In this document: piece after piece, positions 45,078 to 55,460 of the stretch | Layout: every line of letters begins with the position of its first letter | How positions within the stretch are numbered: position 1 is the first letter of the stretch | NCBI GenBank assembly: GCA_965228895.1 | Contig: OZ245842.1 | Span: 384,001 to 448,000 of the forward strand | Length of the DNA: 64,000 nt | Direction of reading: 5' to 3' | Source of the DNA: Alphaproteobacteria bacterium | GTDB lineage: Bacteria; Pseudomonadota; Alphaproteobacteria; SP197 | Program-made: the position numbers and the translations under genes | The notes under the pieces: generated by a model | What the model saw: the letters and a program-made list of their open reading frames with translations, nothing else | Databases searched by the model: none | What the model was told of the DNA's origin: nothing

Positions 45078-46679
45078 ATGAAAGACCGTGACGTCATTTT
45101 GAACGCGTTCAAATCCGCCAAATTGTCGCGCCGCGATGCGGGAGCTGCGCTCATGGGTGCGGGCCTAAGCGCCGTGGCTGCCGGGTCGCTGATCGAACGG
45201 GCTATAGGCGAGGCGGTGGCTCAGGAGCCGAAAACAGGCGGGACGTTGCGCGTCGCATCGACGGATTCCCACGCGGGCGACACCATCGACCCGGCGAAGA
45301 TCATTCAGAATATCGACATCATCCGCTCGGGCATCATCTATGAGACGCTCGTCGACTACGTGCCCGGGACCGGCCTTGTGCCCTCGCTCGCGACCTCGTG
45401 GGAGTCGAACAACGACGCCACCGAATGGCGCTTCGTGTTGCGGGACGGCGTCGAGTTCCACAACGGTAAGACAATGACGGCCAGCGACGTCGTTGCCTCG
45501 TTCAACCGTCACCTCGATCCCGACATTGCATCCCCGGCGAACGCCTATCTGGGAGACGTCGAGTCCTTCGCCGCCGACGGCGACGGCACACTCGTTGTGC
45601 GCATGAAGCAGCCCAACGCGGACATCCCTTACCTGTTTTCAGAGTATCACTTCACGGCGCAGCCCGAAGGCGACAACGATTACACAACGGGGGCGGTAGG
45701 AACCGGCGCCTGGCAGCTTCAGGACTTCGAGCCCGGTATCGTCGCAACATTTGTGCGCAATCCGAACTACTGGAAGAGCGGGTTGCCCTACATCGACGAG
45801 ATCGAAACCTTCGGCATCCCGGACAACGCTTCGCGGGTTAACGCGCTGCTTGCCGGTGAAGCCGATATGATCGTGCAGCTCGACCCCCAGCTCATCGGCT
45901 CCGTCGAAGCTGACGCGAACGGTCGCGTCCTAAGCCAGCCCGGCGGCGCGCATCCGACCTATCCCATGTTGGCAAACACGGCGCCCTACAGTGACAACAA
46001 CGTGCGCCTTGCGCTGAAGCATGCGGTCGACAGGGAACGTATGCTGGAGCTTGCGTTCGGTGGCTTCGGCGTCGTCGGACGCGATCATCCGATACCGCAG
46101 CACGACCCCTTCTTCGCGGCGGACGTCGAGCCGCTCGCGCATGATCCCGACAAGGTCGCCTACTACCTCAAGCAGGCGGGCATGGAAGGCGCCAGCTTCG
46201 AGCTCGTTGCCTCCGACGCCAACTTCGGTGGCGCCAATGCCAGCGTCGTCATGGCGGAGTTGATGAACGAGTCGGGCGCGAACGTCACCGTCAAGAAGGT
46301 GCCGTCGGACGGCTACTGGAGCGCGATCTGGATGCAGGCCCCGTGGTGCGGATCGTCGTGGTATGGACGACCCACCGCTGACCTCATGCTCTCCATCGCC
46401 TACATCACGGGTGGCGCGTGGAACGAGAGCTTCTGGTCGAACGAGAAGTTCGACAGTCTCGTGCTCGAGGCCCGCAAGGCGACCGACACGGCCCTGCGGA
46501 CAGAACTCTACCGAGAGTGCCAGATCCTGATGCGCGACGAAGGCTCCACCGTTACGCCCGTCTTCACGAATTGGATGGATGGTTACTCCGCGCGCGTGCG
46601 CAACTTCAACGGCCACCCTTATGGATTCCTTGGCTGGATGAAGTGGAGCGAAGTCTGGCTCGCCGACGCTTCAGCCTAG
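45078..46679 (+). CDS. Peptide/nickel (family 5) ABC substrate-binding protein with Tat-like leader
   Basis: LSRRD leader; GGTLR; LATSWE; LRDGVEFHNG; GTG; RNPNYW; WNES. Confidence 0.93.
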   Translation: MKDRDVILNAFKSAKLSRRDAGAALMGAGLSAVAAGSLIERAIGEAVAQEPKTGGTLRVASTDSHAGDTIDPAKIIQNIDIIRSGIIYETLVDYVPGTGLVPSLATSWESNNDATEWRFVLRDGVEFHNGKTMTASDVVASFNRHLDPDIASPANAYLGDVESFAADGDGTLVVRMKQPNADIPYLFSEYHFTAQPEGDNDYTTGAVGTGAWQLQDFEPGIVATFVRNPNYWKSGLPYIDEIETFGIPDNASRVNALLAGEADMIVQLDPQLIGSVEADANGRVLSQPGGAHPTYPMLANTAPYSDNNVRLALKHAVDRERMLELAFGGFGVVGRDHPIPQHDPFFAADVEPLAHDPDKVAYYLKQAGMEGASFELVASDANFGGANASVVMAELMNESGANVTVKKVPSDGYWSAIWMQAPWCGSSWYGRPTADLMLSIAYITGGAWNESFWSNEKFDSLVLEARKATDTALRTELYRECQILMRDEGSTVTPVFTNWMDGYSARVRNFNGHPYGFLGWMKWSEVWLADASA

Positions 46680-46730
46680 CTTGCGTGTACGCGTCATCAC
46701 CCAAAGATCACCGGTACTGAGGAGAGTGTT

Positions 46731-47534
46731 TTGGAGAACAAGTTCATCGTAAAGAAGGACGAACAGATCGCATGGATCATCTTCGACAGACCGCAGAAGC
46801 TGAACGCCATGCGCAGCGAGGGGTGGCGCGAGTTTGGCCGTCTCCTGTCGGAGCTCTGCGACGACCGAACGCTGCGATGCCTGATTATTGCGGGCGAGGG
46901 CAAGGCGTTCCAGGCCGGCCATGACATCGGACAGATGCTCGAGCACATCGAGGACATGAAGACCGGCGCGTACACGGTTGCCGACCTGCACGAGGGCCAG
47001 AAGGCGCTACAAGAGACAACACGCCTGATCCGCAAGGCCCGATTTCCCGTTATTGCCGCGGTACACGGCTTCGCCGTCGGCGGCGGATGCGAGGTCACGC
47101 TGGCGTGTGATCTCGTCGTCGCCGGCAAATCCACGCAGATGGGATTCCCTGAGGCCAAGGTCGGGGCGACCATTACCAATGGCGGCACTTGGTTGCTGCC
47201 GCGCAAGGTGGGGCTCGCCAAGGCTCGCGAGCTCGCCTTCATGGGTGAGATCGTCGACGCCGAGGAGGCGCTGAAAATCGGCCTCGTCAACCGAGTCGTA
47301 CCCGACGACGATGTGCGGACAGAGGCCGAAAGTATGGCCCGGAAGATCTGCACGATGTCACCGATGTCGGTCCAGTTGCATAAGACCATGCTCGATCGTG
47401 GCCAGGATGCCTCGCTCGAGACCATGCTGAACTTCGAGACTGAATGCCTCGTCGTTGCCTCGATCATGAAGGACCACGTCGAGGGCGTGCACGCGTTCCA
47501 CGAGCGGCGCGATCCCGTCTTCAACGGCGACTGA
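46731..47534 (+). CDS. Enoyl-CoA hydratase/isomerase (crotonase)
   Basis: DRPQKLNA, AF.AG.D, PVIAAVHG.AVGGG.E, FPE. Confidence 0.93.
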   Translation: MENKFIVKKDEQIAWIIFDRPQKLNAMRSEGWREFGRLLSELCDDRTLRCLIIAGEGKAFQAGHDIGQMLEHIEDMKTGAYTVADLHEGQKALQETTRLIRKARFPVIAAVHGFAVGGGCEVTLACDLVVAGKSTQMGFPEAKVGATITNGGTWLLPRKVGLAKARELAFMGEIVDAEEALKIGLVNRVVPDDDVRTEAESMARKICTMSPMSVQLHKTMLDRGQDASLETMLNFETECLVVASIMKDHVEGVHAFHERRDPVFNGD

Positions 47535-47547
47535 GCGCCTGACGCCC

Positions 47548-49158
47548 ATGTTTCTCGATCCACGAGAGCGCCACACGGTTTGCCAGGTCATGGCCGATCG
47601 TGCCCGGCGGCAGGGCGACCGCCCCTTTCTCCTCGGTGAGGAGGGGACGGTCAGCTATCTCGCGTTCGAGGAACGGGCGGTTGCCATGGCGCAGGGACTC
47701 ACGGCGCTGGGCGTTAAGCCGGGCGACACGGTCCTCGTCATGCTTCCGAACGTCATGGGGTTCGTCGTGCTGTGGGCCGCGCTGGCGCGCATTGGTGCGA
47801 TCCAGGTGCCGGTCAACACGGCCTACCGTGGCGGCATCCTTGAGCACATCATGAGCGACTCACAGGCGGCCTTTATGGTGGCCGACACCGAGTACCTGGA
47901 GCAGGTCGGCGAAGCGGCGGCCAAATGCCGCGCCCTCCGCCATGTCATCGTACACGACGGTGACGGCGCCGGCCTTCCGGCGAATCTCGCCACCAGCCAA
48001 TTCGAGGCACTTGAAACGCGTGAGGCCGAGCTGCCGGACCCACCGCGCCCGCGCGATCTGATCGGTGTCATGTACACGTCAGGCACCACGGGCCCATCGA
48101 AGGGTGCGATGATCACCCACGCCCACGCTTATGTTTACGCCCACAACGGCCACGACCGCATGAAGCTTGTGCCTGAGGACGTCTACTTCGCGCCGCTACC
48201 GTTGTTCCACATCGCGGGACAATGGGCGGTGGTTTACGCGGCGATGATCTGCGGTTCTGCGGCGGTCATCACCCGGCGTTTCAGTGTCACCACATTCTGG
48301 CGCGATGCCGTGCGATTCCGCGCCACGGCTGCGTTTCTTCTTGGTGCGATGGCAAACTTTCTGCATCGCCAGTCGCCCGGCGACCATGAGCGCGAGAGCA
48401 GGATCGACCGTATGCTCGTGGTCCCGCTCTTCCCGGAGGTCACCGACTTCGGGAGGCGCCTTGGTGTCCGCGTGGTGACGACCTACGGCTCGACCGAGGT
48501 CAACTCGCCCATGATCGCGTCCTTCGACGCGCCGGACTGGCGCAGCTGTGGGCGGATGAAGGATGACCTCTTCGAGGCCCGCATTGTCGACGATGAGGAC
48601 GAGGAGGTGCCGCACGGTACGGTGGGTGAGCTTGTTGTGCGCCCGCGCCTTCCCTGGATCGTGATGGCGGGCTACTGGGGTCATCCGGACTGGACCGCGG
48701 ATGCTTGGCGCAACCTTTGGCTCCACAGCGGTGATGCCATGTATCGCGACGAAGCGGGCAACTTCTACTTCGTCGACCGCAAAAAGGACGCCATACGACG
48801 GCGCGGCGAGAACATCTCGTCGGTCGAGGTCGAAAACGAGATCAACGCCCATCCCGACGTGCTCGAGAGCGCCGTTTTTGCCGCCTCGTCCGAGCACACC
48901 GAGGACGAGGTCATGGCGGCCGTCGTGGTGAAGCCGGGCGTCGCACTTTGCCCGGAGGCGCTAATCCATTTCCTCGAGCCGCGCATGGCCTACTTCATGG
49001 TGCCGCGCTACCTGGAGATCGTCACGGAGCTGCCGAAGACGCCAACCGGCAAGATCCGCAAGGTCGACCTTCGGCGCCGTGGCCCCACCGCCGCGACCTG
49101 GGACCGTGAACACGCCAAAGTCCCGCTGCGGCAGCTCGACAAGAGGAGGGAACGATGA
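47548..49158 (+). CDS. Acyl-CoA ligase, crotonobetaine/carnitine-CoA ligase (CaiC)-like
   Basis: YTSGTTGPSKG, YGSTE, W.HSGD, DRKKDAIRRRGENISS.EVE, LPKTPTGK. Confidence 0.92.
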   Translation: MFLDPRERHTVCQVMADRARRQGDRPFLLGEEGTVSYLAFEERAVAMAQGLTALGVKPGDTVLVMLPNVMGFVVLWAALARIGAIQVPVNTAYRGGILEHIMSDSQAAFMVADTEYLEQVGEAAAKCRALRHVIVHDGDGAGLPANLATSQFEALETREAELPDPPRPRDLIGVMYTSGTTGPSKGAMITHAHAYVYAHNGHDRMKLVPEDVYFAPLPLFHIAGQWAVVYAAMICGSAAVITRRFSVTTFWRDAVRFRATAAFLLGAMANFLHRQSPGDHERESRIDRMLVVPLFPEVTDFGRRLGVRVVTTYGSTEVNSPMIASFDAPDWRSCGRMKDDLFEARIVDDEDEEVPHGTVGELVVRPRLPWIVMAGYWGHPDWTADAWRNLWLHSGDAMYRDEAGNFYFVDRKKDAIRRRGENISSVEVENEINAHPDVLESAVFAASSEHTEDEVMAAVVVKPGVALCPEALIHFLEPRMAYFMVPRYLEIVTELPKTPTGKIRKVDLRRRGPTAATWDREHAKVPLRQLDKRRER

Positions 49159-50024
49159 CCAGCGAACGCCGCCTGACCGATGCGGAGATCGCCGCGTTCG
49201 AAACCGACGGATTTCTCAAGATCGAGGGCTTCTTCGGTCTTGGCGAGCTTGCGCCGCTGCAAGACTCTCTTAAGGAGGATCCGACCGTCGGTGGTCGTTT
49301 CTTCACCGTGCATGACGGTGATGGCGTCGGCACCCACGACTACATGAGTTGGAGCCGCCACGAGGATGACTATGTCGGCACGGCGACCCGGCTAGCCCGG
49401 GTCGTCCACGCCGCAGAAGACCTGATCGGCGAGCCGGTCTATCACTACCATTCCAAGATGGTGCGCAAACCACCGAGAAGCCCCGGCAAGGTCGACTGGC
49501 ACCAGGATTATGGTGGCTGGTACCAGGAAGGCTGTCTGTTTGCGAAAATGCTGACCTGCGCCGTGGCGGTCACGCGCGCGCCGGCAGAGGCCGGTTGCCT
49601 GCGCATGTTACGGGGTTCTCACACCATGGGGCGCATCGACTGGATCAGCGACGAGACGTCCTATTACACGCTCTACCGACCGCGGCTCGAGGCAATCCTT
49701 GAGCGCTTCGAGCTGGTTGAGCTGGAGATGGAGCCGGGTGACGGACTCTTTTTCCACCCCAATGTTCTCCATACGTCAGCGCCCAACGTGACGAACGCGC
49801 CGCGGACGCTGATGGAGTTCTCCTTTAACGCGCACGCCAACGCGCCGGTGTTCGAGGGCCAGGCTCATCACCAGCCGAAGGCGCTCGTCATCGCCGATGA
49901 CGATGCCCTGGCGGCGGGCCGTTTCGACGGCGTCTTCGGACGTACGCCACTTCACGACATCGACAATCCGAGCGACGAGGGCTACCGCATCTTCCATCGC
50001 GAAGACCTGCCCTCGAAGTCGTGA
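49155..50024 (+). CDS. PhyH family Fe(II)/2OG dioxygenase (ectoine/proline hydroxylase-like)
   Basis: VYHYHSK, WHQDYG.WY, GCL....GSH, GD.LFFH.N.LH.S.PN....R. Confidence 0.9.
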   Translation: MTSERRLTDAEIAAFETDGFLKIEGFFGLGELAPLQDSLKEDPTVGGRFFTVHDGDGVGTHDYMSWSRHEDDYVGTATRLARVVHAAEDLIGEPVYHYHSKMVRKPPRSPGKVDWHQDYGGWYQEGCLFAKMLTCAVAVTRAPAEAGCLRMLRGSHTMGRIDWISDETSYYTLYRPRLEAILERFELVELEMEPGDGLFFHPNVLHTSAPNVTNAPRTLMEFSFNAHANAPVFEGQAHHQPKALVIADDDALAAGRFDGVFGRTPLHDIDNPSDEGYRIFHREDLPSKS

Positions 50025-50038
50025 CCGGAGGTGAAGCC

Positions 50039-50929
50039 ATGACCGAACCCGTGATCGAACGTCTGACCGCCCAAGCCTCGGCCGACGGCATTGCCGATGT
50101 CGTGCTGCGTGACGGTTGCGTCATCATCGAGCGGCTGCTCGAGGAGAGTTTCGTCGACCGCATACTCGAGGAGCTGTCGCCCTGGCTTGATCGCGTGCCG
50201 GAGGGCAGCGGCGACTGGGTTGGCTTCCGGACCCGCCGTCTGCATGGGTTGACGCCGAAATCGGCGGCAATCCGTGAGAACATCTGCAACCCGTTGGTCC
50301 TGGGCGTGATGGAGCGGCTGCTGGGGCCGTGGTGCGACACCTTCCAGCTCAGCTCCTGCTCGACCACAGCAATCGGGCCTGGCGAAAAAGCGCAGGAACT
50401 GCATCGCGACGACCTGATGTTTCCGTTTGAGCATCCGTCGGCGCGCATCCCTTATTGCACCACGTTCTGGGCGCTGTCCGACTTCACCGAGGAGAATGGC
50501 GCGACCCACATGATCCCCGGTAGCCATCGCTGGGACGACGAGCGGATCCCGCGTCACGAGGAGACGGCACGCGCGGTGATGCCGAAGGGTTCGGTGATAA
50601 TCTACACCGGTGCGGTGTGGCACGGCGGCGGCGCCAACGTGACCCGAGACGGGTGGCGCAGCGCGCTCTTCACCAGCTATTCGGTCGGCTGGCTGAAGCA
50701 GGAGGAGGCCCAGTATCTGGTCAATCCGCCGGACATCGCGCGTCACTATCCCGAACGGCTGCAGCGGCTTGTCGGCTATCAAATGCACAACCCGTTTCTC
50801 GGTTGGTACGACCTCCAGGATCCGATCGAGGTTTTGCGCGGCTACGAAGAACTCTCCGCGCCCAACCGTGATCTCTTCGCTGAGGGCGAGACGCGTAGTG
50901 TCATCAGCCGCGACGTGAAGCGCGCGTGA
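50039..50929 (+). CDS. PhyH family dioxygenase (second subfamily)
   Basis: IGPGE.AQ.LHRDD, ALSDFTEENGAT..IPGSH, WHGGGAN. Confidence 0.9.
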   Translation: MTEPVIERLTAQASADGIADVVLRDGCVIIERLLEESFVDRILEELSPWLDRVPEGSGDWVGFRTRRLHGLTPKSAAIRENICNPLVLGVMERLLGPWCDTFQLSSCSTTAIGPGEKAQELHRDDLMFPFEHPSARIPYCTTFWALSDFTEENGATHMIPGSHRWDDERIPRHEETARAVMPKGSVIIYTGAVWHGGGANVTRDGWRSALFTSYSVGWLKQEEAQYLVNPPDIARHYPERLQRLVGYQMHNPFLGWYDLQDPIEVLRGYEELSAPNRDLFAEGETRSVISRDVKRA

Positions 50930-50957
50930 AGCAGCCCCCGAAACCGGAGACCTCGCC

Positions 50958-51809
50958 ATGACGACAGAGATCATCGATGCTCGCGTTCGCCTGCCGCGCC
51001 AGTTCTGGCCCAAAATCGAGGTTCCTGCGGCAATTGCCAATCAGTACGACGCAATTCTGGGCACGGGCGCGACCAAGGCCAAGACCTTCGACGATCTCCT
51101 GGGCGAGATGGAGACCAGCGGCGTCGGTCGCGCGGTGATGCATGCCGAATTCGAAGTCGGCGATCCGGCGGACGCCATGAACCAGGCGGTTGCCAAGATT
51201 GTGCGCGAGCAGGAGGGGCGCTTCCTGGGCGTCGGCGGCGTCTCGCTCGAGCATGTCAACATCAGCCGCATGCTGAGCCAGGTTGAGGAATGCCACGATG
51301 CGGGTTTTGTCGGCGTCGGATTGCAGCCCGCCTTCTTTGGCATGTCGCTCGACGATCGCCGGCTCTATCCGCTTTATGCCCGAGCCCAGCAACTCGGCCT
51401 CATCGTCTTCCTGCACACCGGCGTCAATTACAGCCGCATGCATCCCATGCGTCATGACCAGCCGCTTCTGATCGACGACATCGCGTGCGATTTTCCGGAA
51501 CTTCGGATTGTGGCCTGCCATGCCGGCTGGCCCTGGGTATCGGAAATGGTGGCTGTGGCGCGCAAGCATCCGACGGTTTTCTTGGAGTTTGGCGGTTTGG
51601 CCCCAAAGTACCTTGGTACGGGAGGGACAGGCTGGGAGGTCATGTTCCGTTTTATGAACAGCCTGCTGGGCGATCAGATTCTCTACGGCACTGACTGGCC
51701 GGTCATTGGCATGGAGCGGGCAGTTGGTGAATGGAAGGAACTTGGTCTAAAGGAACAGGTCCTGGAGAAAGCGCTGTCGGGCAACGCCAGCCGGCTGTTT
51801 GAACTGTAA
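50958..51809 (+). CDS. Amidohydrolase_2 family protein
   Basis: IIDAR, LYPLY, HTG, DFPELRIV..HAGWPW, YGTDWP. Confidence 0.9.
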   Translation: MTTEIIDARVRLPRQFWPKIEVPAAIANQYDAILGTGATKAKTFDDLLGEMETSGVGRAVMHAEFEVGDPADAMNQAVAKIVREQEGRFLGVGGVSLEHVNISRMLSQVEECHDAGFVGVGLQPAFFGMSLDDRRLYPLYARAQQLGLIVFLHTGVNYSRMHPMRHDQPLLIDDIACDFPELRIVACHAGWPWVSEMVAVARKHPTVFLEFGGLAPKYLGTGGTGWEVMFRFMNSLLGDQILYGTDWPVIGMERAVGEWKELGLKEQVLEKALSGNASRLFEL

Positions 51810-51877
51810 CCGGATGAGATTGATGCAGAGTTTCATGGAGATGTTGTTGACTAAGAATAGTCGCGCCGAGGTGTTTC

Positions 51878-52717
51878 ATGCGTAAGCGACGCGCGGACGG
51901 CGCCGCGGCGGCAGAGGTCAGCCCGAAATCCGCCGATAAGACCAGCGGACGTGACAGTCAGTTCGGTCAGGGGATAGGACGGGCCTTCGCCATTCTGCGC
52001 TGCTTTCGTGATGGCGAGGTTGGGCTCAGCAACAAGCTCATCGCCGAGCGAACCGGTATGCCCCAGTCGACCGCTTCCCGGCTGGCGTACACCTTGCTTG
52101 AATTGGGTTACCTGACCTACTCCGACGAGGACGCAACCTATCGGCTCGGTCCCGGCGTCGTCTCGCTGGCATCGCCGATCCTCTCGGGGCTTGGCTTTCG
52201 TCAGCGTGCGCGTGAGCTCATGCAGGACTTGGCCAACGAAAGCCAGGCGACTGTTGCTCTCGGTGGGCGGCAAGGGTTGCGTATGGTGTACCTGGAGTGC
52301 CGCCACAGCCGCGATGTCGTGCTGATCAGTTGCGAAATTGGCATGAGCGTGCGCATGGCGACGACCGCTATCGGTCGCGCCTATCTCTATGCCCTGCCCG
52401 AAAAGGAACGCGCGCCGCTGCTTGCCGAGATTGAAACGTCATCGGGCGATGACTGGCCGTCTATCAAGGCGCGCATCGATCAGGGGTTTGCGGACATCGC
52501 CGACTACGGGTTCTGCTTGTCGATCGGCGAGTTCCGTCCGGAGATCAACGTCGTCGCCGCGCCACTTCGCTACGAACCCTCCGGCGATATCTACGGCATC
52601 AACTGCGGCGGTCCGGCAAGTATCGTGACACCCAAGCGTATGGAAAGCCGCATCGGTCCGCGGCTTGTCGAAATCGCACGCGAAATCGCGCTGACGGACG
52701 CCATGGAACAGACATGA
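51878..52717 (+). CDS. IclR family transcriptional regulator
   Basis: RAFAILRCF...TG.PQST.SRL.YTL; TAIGRAYL; INCGGP. Confidence 0.93.
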   Translation: MRKRRADGAAAAEVSPKSADKTSGRDSQFGQGIGRAFAILRCFRDGEVGLSNKLIAERTGMPQSTASRLAYTLLELGYLTYSDEDATYRLGPGVVSLASPILSGLGFRQRARELMQDLANESQATVALGGRQGLRMVYLECRHSRDVVLISCEIGMSVRMATTAIGRAYLYALPEKERAPLLAEIETSSGDDWPSIKARIDQGFADIADYGFCLSIGEFRPEINVVAAPLRYEPSGDIYGINCGGPASIVTPKRMESRIGPRLVEIAREIALTDAMEQT

Positions 52718-52835
52718 CGACGTCCCGTCTCATCAAGGTAAGGACTTGTGCACGCCCAGCGTGGTGCGGCTTCACAGATGTGATTTTGATCATCTTTGAC
52801 CCGATGCACAGGACACCAGCTTGGAGCGCCTTCTC

Positions 52836-53939
52836 GTGAAGGTCACCGCAGCCGTTACGCCGTCTCCGTCGGCGCCTTTCGCGGTCGGCTCCCTTGATCT
52901 GGAAGGTCCCCGGCCCGGTGAGATCCTCGTACGCGTGATCGCCAGCGGCATGTGCCATACCGATTTGGTCGTTCGCGACCAACACTACCCGTTTCCTCTG
53001 CCGGGCGTGCTGGGTCATGAGGGCGCGGGCGTGGTCGATGCGGTAGGAACTGGCGTCGCCAAGGTGCAACCCGGCGATCACGTGGTCATGAGTTACGGCG
53101 CCTGCGGATGCTGCCATCAATGTCTGCAGGGCGAACCCGCATATTGCCAGGACTTTGTCACAGCCAACCTTGGTGCCGTCCGGGCGGACGGCAGTGTGTT
53201 GTATTCGGACAGGGGCAATCCCGTTCACGGGAACTTTTTTCAGCAGTCTTCCTTTGCAACGCACGCCATCTGCCGCGAGCAAAACATCGTTAGGGTACCC
53301 AAAGATGTACCGATCGACATACTTGGACCATTGGGGTGTGGCATCCAGACCGGGGCTGGTGCGGTGATGAACAACTTCAAACCCCGCGCCGGGTCATCGC
53401 TTGTCGTCTTCGGTGCAGGTTCGGTGGGCCTGTCGGCGATCATGGCCGCCAAAGTCGTCGGTTGCGGCAAGATCATCGCCGTCGACGTCAAGCAAAGCCG
53501 TCTCGATATGGCCAAAAAGCTGGGTGCTACCGACACGCTTGATCCCACCCAAGCCGACGATCCCGTCGCCTGGTTGTTGGACGCAACTGAGGGTGGTGCG
53601 GACTTCTCGTTGGAGGCAACCGGCCTGCCGGCTGTCGTACGGCAGGCGGTGGATTGCCTCAATGTTCGCGGCGTATGCGGCGTTGTCGGTGCCCCCGCCG
53701 TCGGTACGGAAGTCAGTCTCGACGTCAACAGTCTGCTCTTCGGGCGCACCGTTCGCGGGATCATCGAGGGCGACAGCATTCCCGATGTTTTCATTCCACA
53801 GTTGATCGAACTGTACGCGCAAGGTCGTTTCCCGTTCGACAGACTGATCAGCTTTTACGACCTCGACGCCATCAATCAGGCGGCAGAGGACAGCGAAACC
53901 GGAGAGGTCATCAAGCCGGTCATTCGCATGCCGAGTTGA
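52836..53939 (+). CDS. Zn-dependent aryl/benzyl alcohol dehydrogenase (XylB-like)
   Basis: CHTD, GHEGAG, C..C..C.......C structural Zn motif, QSSFA, PLGCGIQTGAG, GAGSVG. GTG start follows GGAG. Confidence 0.92.
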   Translation: MKVTAAVTPSPSAPFAVGSLDLEGPRPGEILVRVIASGMCHTDLVVRDQHYPFPLPGVLGHEGAGVVDAVGTGVAKVQPGDHVVMSYGACGCCHQCLQGEPAYCQDFVTANLGAVRADGSVLYSDRGNPVHGNFFQQSSFATHAICREQNIVRVPKDVPIDILGPLGCGIQTGAGAVMNNFKPRAGSSLVVFGAGSVGLSAIMAAKVVGCGKIIAVDVKQSRLDMAKKLGATDTLDPTQADDPVAWLLDATEGGADFSLEATGLPAVVRQAVDCLNVRGVCGVVGAPAVGTEVSLDVNSLLFGRTVRGIIEGDSIPDVFIPQLIELYAQGRFPFDRLISFYDLDAINQAAEDSETGEVIKPVIRMPS

Positions 53940-54034
53940 TGACCGTAAGTTCGTCCTCTCTTTAGCGGGATGCGCCGTTGATGCATGCCCAAACTGGCCG
54001 GAAGGCTCCATTCACAGAACAGGTGAGGCAAACC

Positions 54035-54421
54035 GTGCGACATATCGAGTTGGGTGAAAAGCACAAATCCAGCGGCTACAGCCAGGCGATCGAAGTTGGC
54101 GGTTCCGGCCGGCGACTGCTCATCGCGGGCCAGGTCGGAGTCGATTCCGAAGGCAATCTGCCGGAAGACATCGAGGGGCAGACGAAAGCCTGCTTTCAGA
54201 ACATCTTTGACATCCTCGATGCGGCCGGCATGTCGAAACACGACCTGGTGCGACATGTCGTCTACGCAACGCAGAGCGACAAAGAGACACTCAAGTCATA
54301 TCGAAAGGTGCGCGACGAGATGATGCAGGGGCATCTGATGACCGCCACCTTCGTTGGTATCCAGGCGCTCGCCCATCCGAAACTCTTGATCGAGATCGAA
54401 GCTGAAGCCGTCGCTGACTAG
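54035..54421 (+). CDS. RidA family protein
   Basis: YSQA, IAGQVG, AAGM, LAHP..LIEIEA.A. Start uncertain. Confidence 0.88.
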   Translation: MRHIELGEKHKSSGYSQAIEVGGSGRRLLIAGQVGVDSEGNLPEDIEGQTKACFQNIFDILDAAGMSKHDLVRHVVYATQSDKETLKSYRKVRDEMMQGHLMTATFVGIQALAHPKLLIEIEAEAVAD

Positions 54422-54441
54422 ACACACGAAGGTTTTGCACA

Positions 54442-55230
54442 ATGGCGACGTCAACGTCTCTCAAGTCTCTCTTTGACCTCGGCGATCAAGTGGCGGTCGT
54501 GACGGGTGGCTCGCGTGGCCTGGGTTTCCAAGTGGCTGAGGCCCTTGCCGAATTCGGTGCGAACCTGATGCTGGTAGCGCGCAAGGAGAAAGATCTCCAC
54601 GAAGCGGCAGAGATGCTTCGAGGCTACGATCATCGCGTAGAGTGTATTGCTGCTGATCTGACTGATCCAGCGGCCGCCAAAACGGTTACGACGGCGACAC
54701 TCGATCACTTCGGGCGCATTGACATTCTCGTCAACAATGCCGGAGCCACCTGGGGCGCGCCTGCCGAAGAGTACCCACTTGATGCCTGGCAAAAGCTGTT
54801 GTCGACAAATCTCACCGGGCCCTTCCTGCTGACGCAAGAAATCGGACGACGGGCGATGATCCCATCGAGTTCGGGCTGTGTCGTCAACATTGCCTCCGTT
54901 GCCGGGCTCCAAGGTCATCATCACGCGATGGTGGGCACGATCGGCTACAACGCGACCAAAGGTGCCATGGTGAACTTCACGCGTGCCTTGGCCGCTGAGT
55001 GGGGACAATACGGAATCCGCGTCAATGCCCTTGCCCCCGGCTTCTTCCCGTCGAAGATGACCAAGGCCACACTCGAACGCTATGAGGCGGATCTCATTTC
55101 ACGGACCCCTCTCGGCAAGCTAGGAGGTAATGCGGATCTGAAGGGTGCTGCGCTCCTATTTGCCTCCGACGCGGGAAGTCACATCACAGGTCAGGTCCTG
55201 ACAGTTGATGGTGGCGCTATCGTCGTATGA
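54442..55230 (+). CDS. Short-chain dehydrogenase (gluconate 5-dehydrogenase-like)
   Basis: TGGSRGLG, NNAG, YNATK, APGFFPSKMT. Confidence 0.93.
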   Translation: MATSTSLKSLFDLGDQVAVVTGGSRGLGFQVAEALAEFGANLMLVARKEKDLHEAAEMLRGYDHRVECIAADLTDPAAAKTVTTATLDHFGRIDILVNNAGATWGAPAEEYPLDAWQKLLSTNLTGPFLLTQEIGRRAMIPSSSGCVVNIASVAGLQGHHHAMVGTIGYNATKGAMVNFTRALAAEWGQYGIRVNALAPGFFPSKMTKATLERYEADLISRTPLGKLGGNADLKGAALLFASDAGSHITGQVLTVDGGAIVV

Positions 55231-55362
55231 CGAACGACATGCGCCTATTCGGAACCAGAATTCCGACAGAACCAATGCGCATTTGGCGTGATTGGATCGG
55301 CCACTGCCAATGCATGCGGACCGTCAATATGATGCCTTAGCATCCTCATTGGCGATGGTATG

Positions 55363-55420
55363 TTTCCCTGATCCGCTAGATGAAAATCCCTGTTCGCATG
55401 CGTAGGAATTCGTCGCCAAG
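55363..55420. repeat. Degenerate partial copy of the TTCCCTG element
   Basis: TTCCCTGAT...GAAAATCCCTGTTCGCATGCGTAGGAATTCGTCGC aligns with 15604 GAAAATTCCCTGTTCCGTCGCGTAGGGAATTCGCCGC. Confidence 0.55.
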
Positions 55421-55460
55421 CTTTCGAAAACACTGCAAAAGCTGGAGCAGGAAGCTTGGT

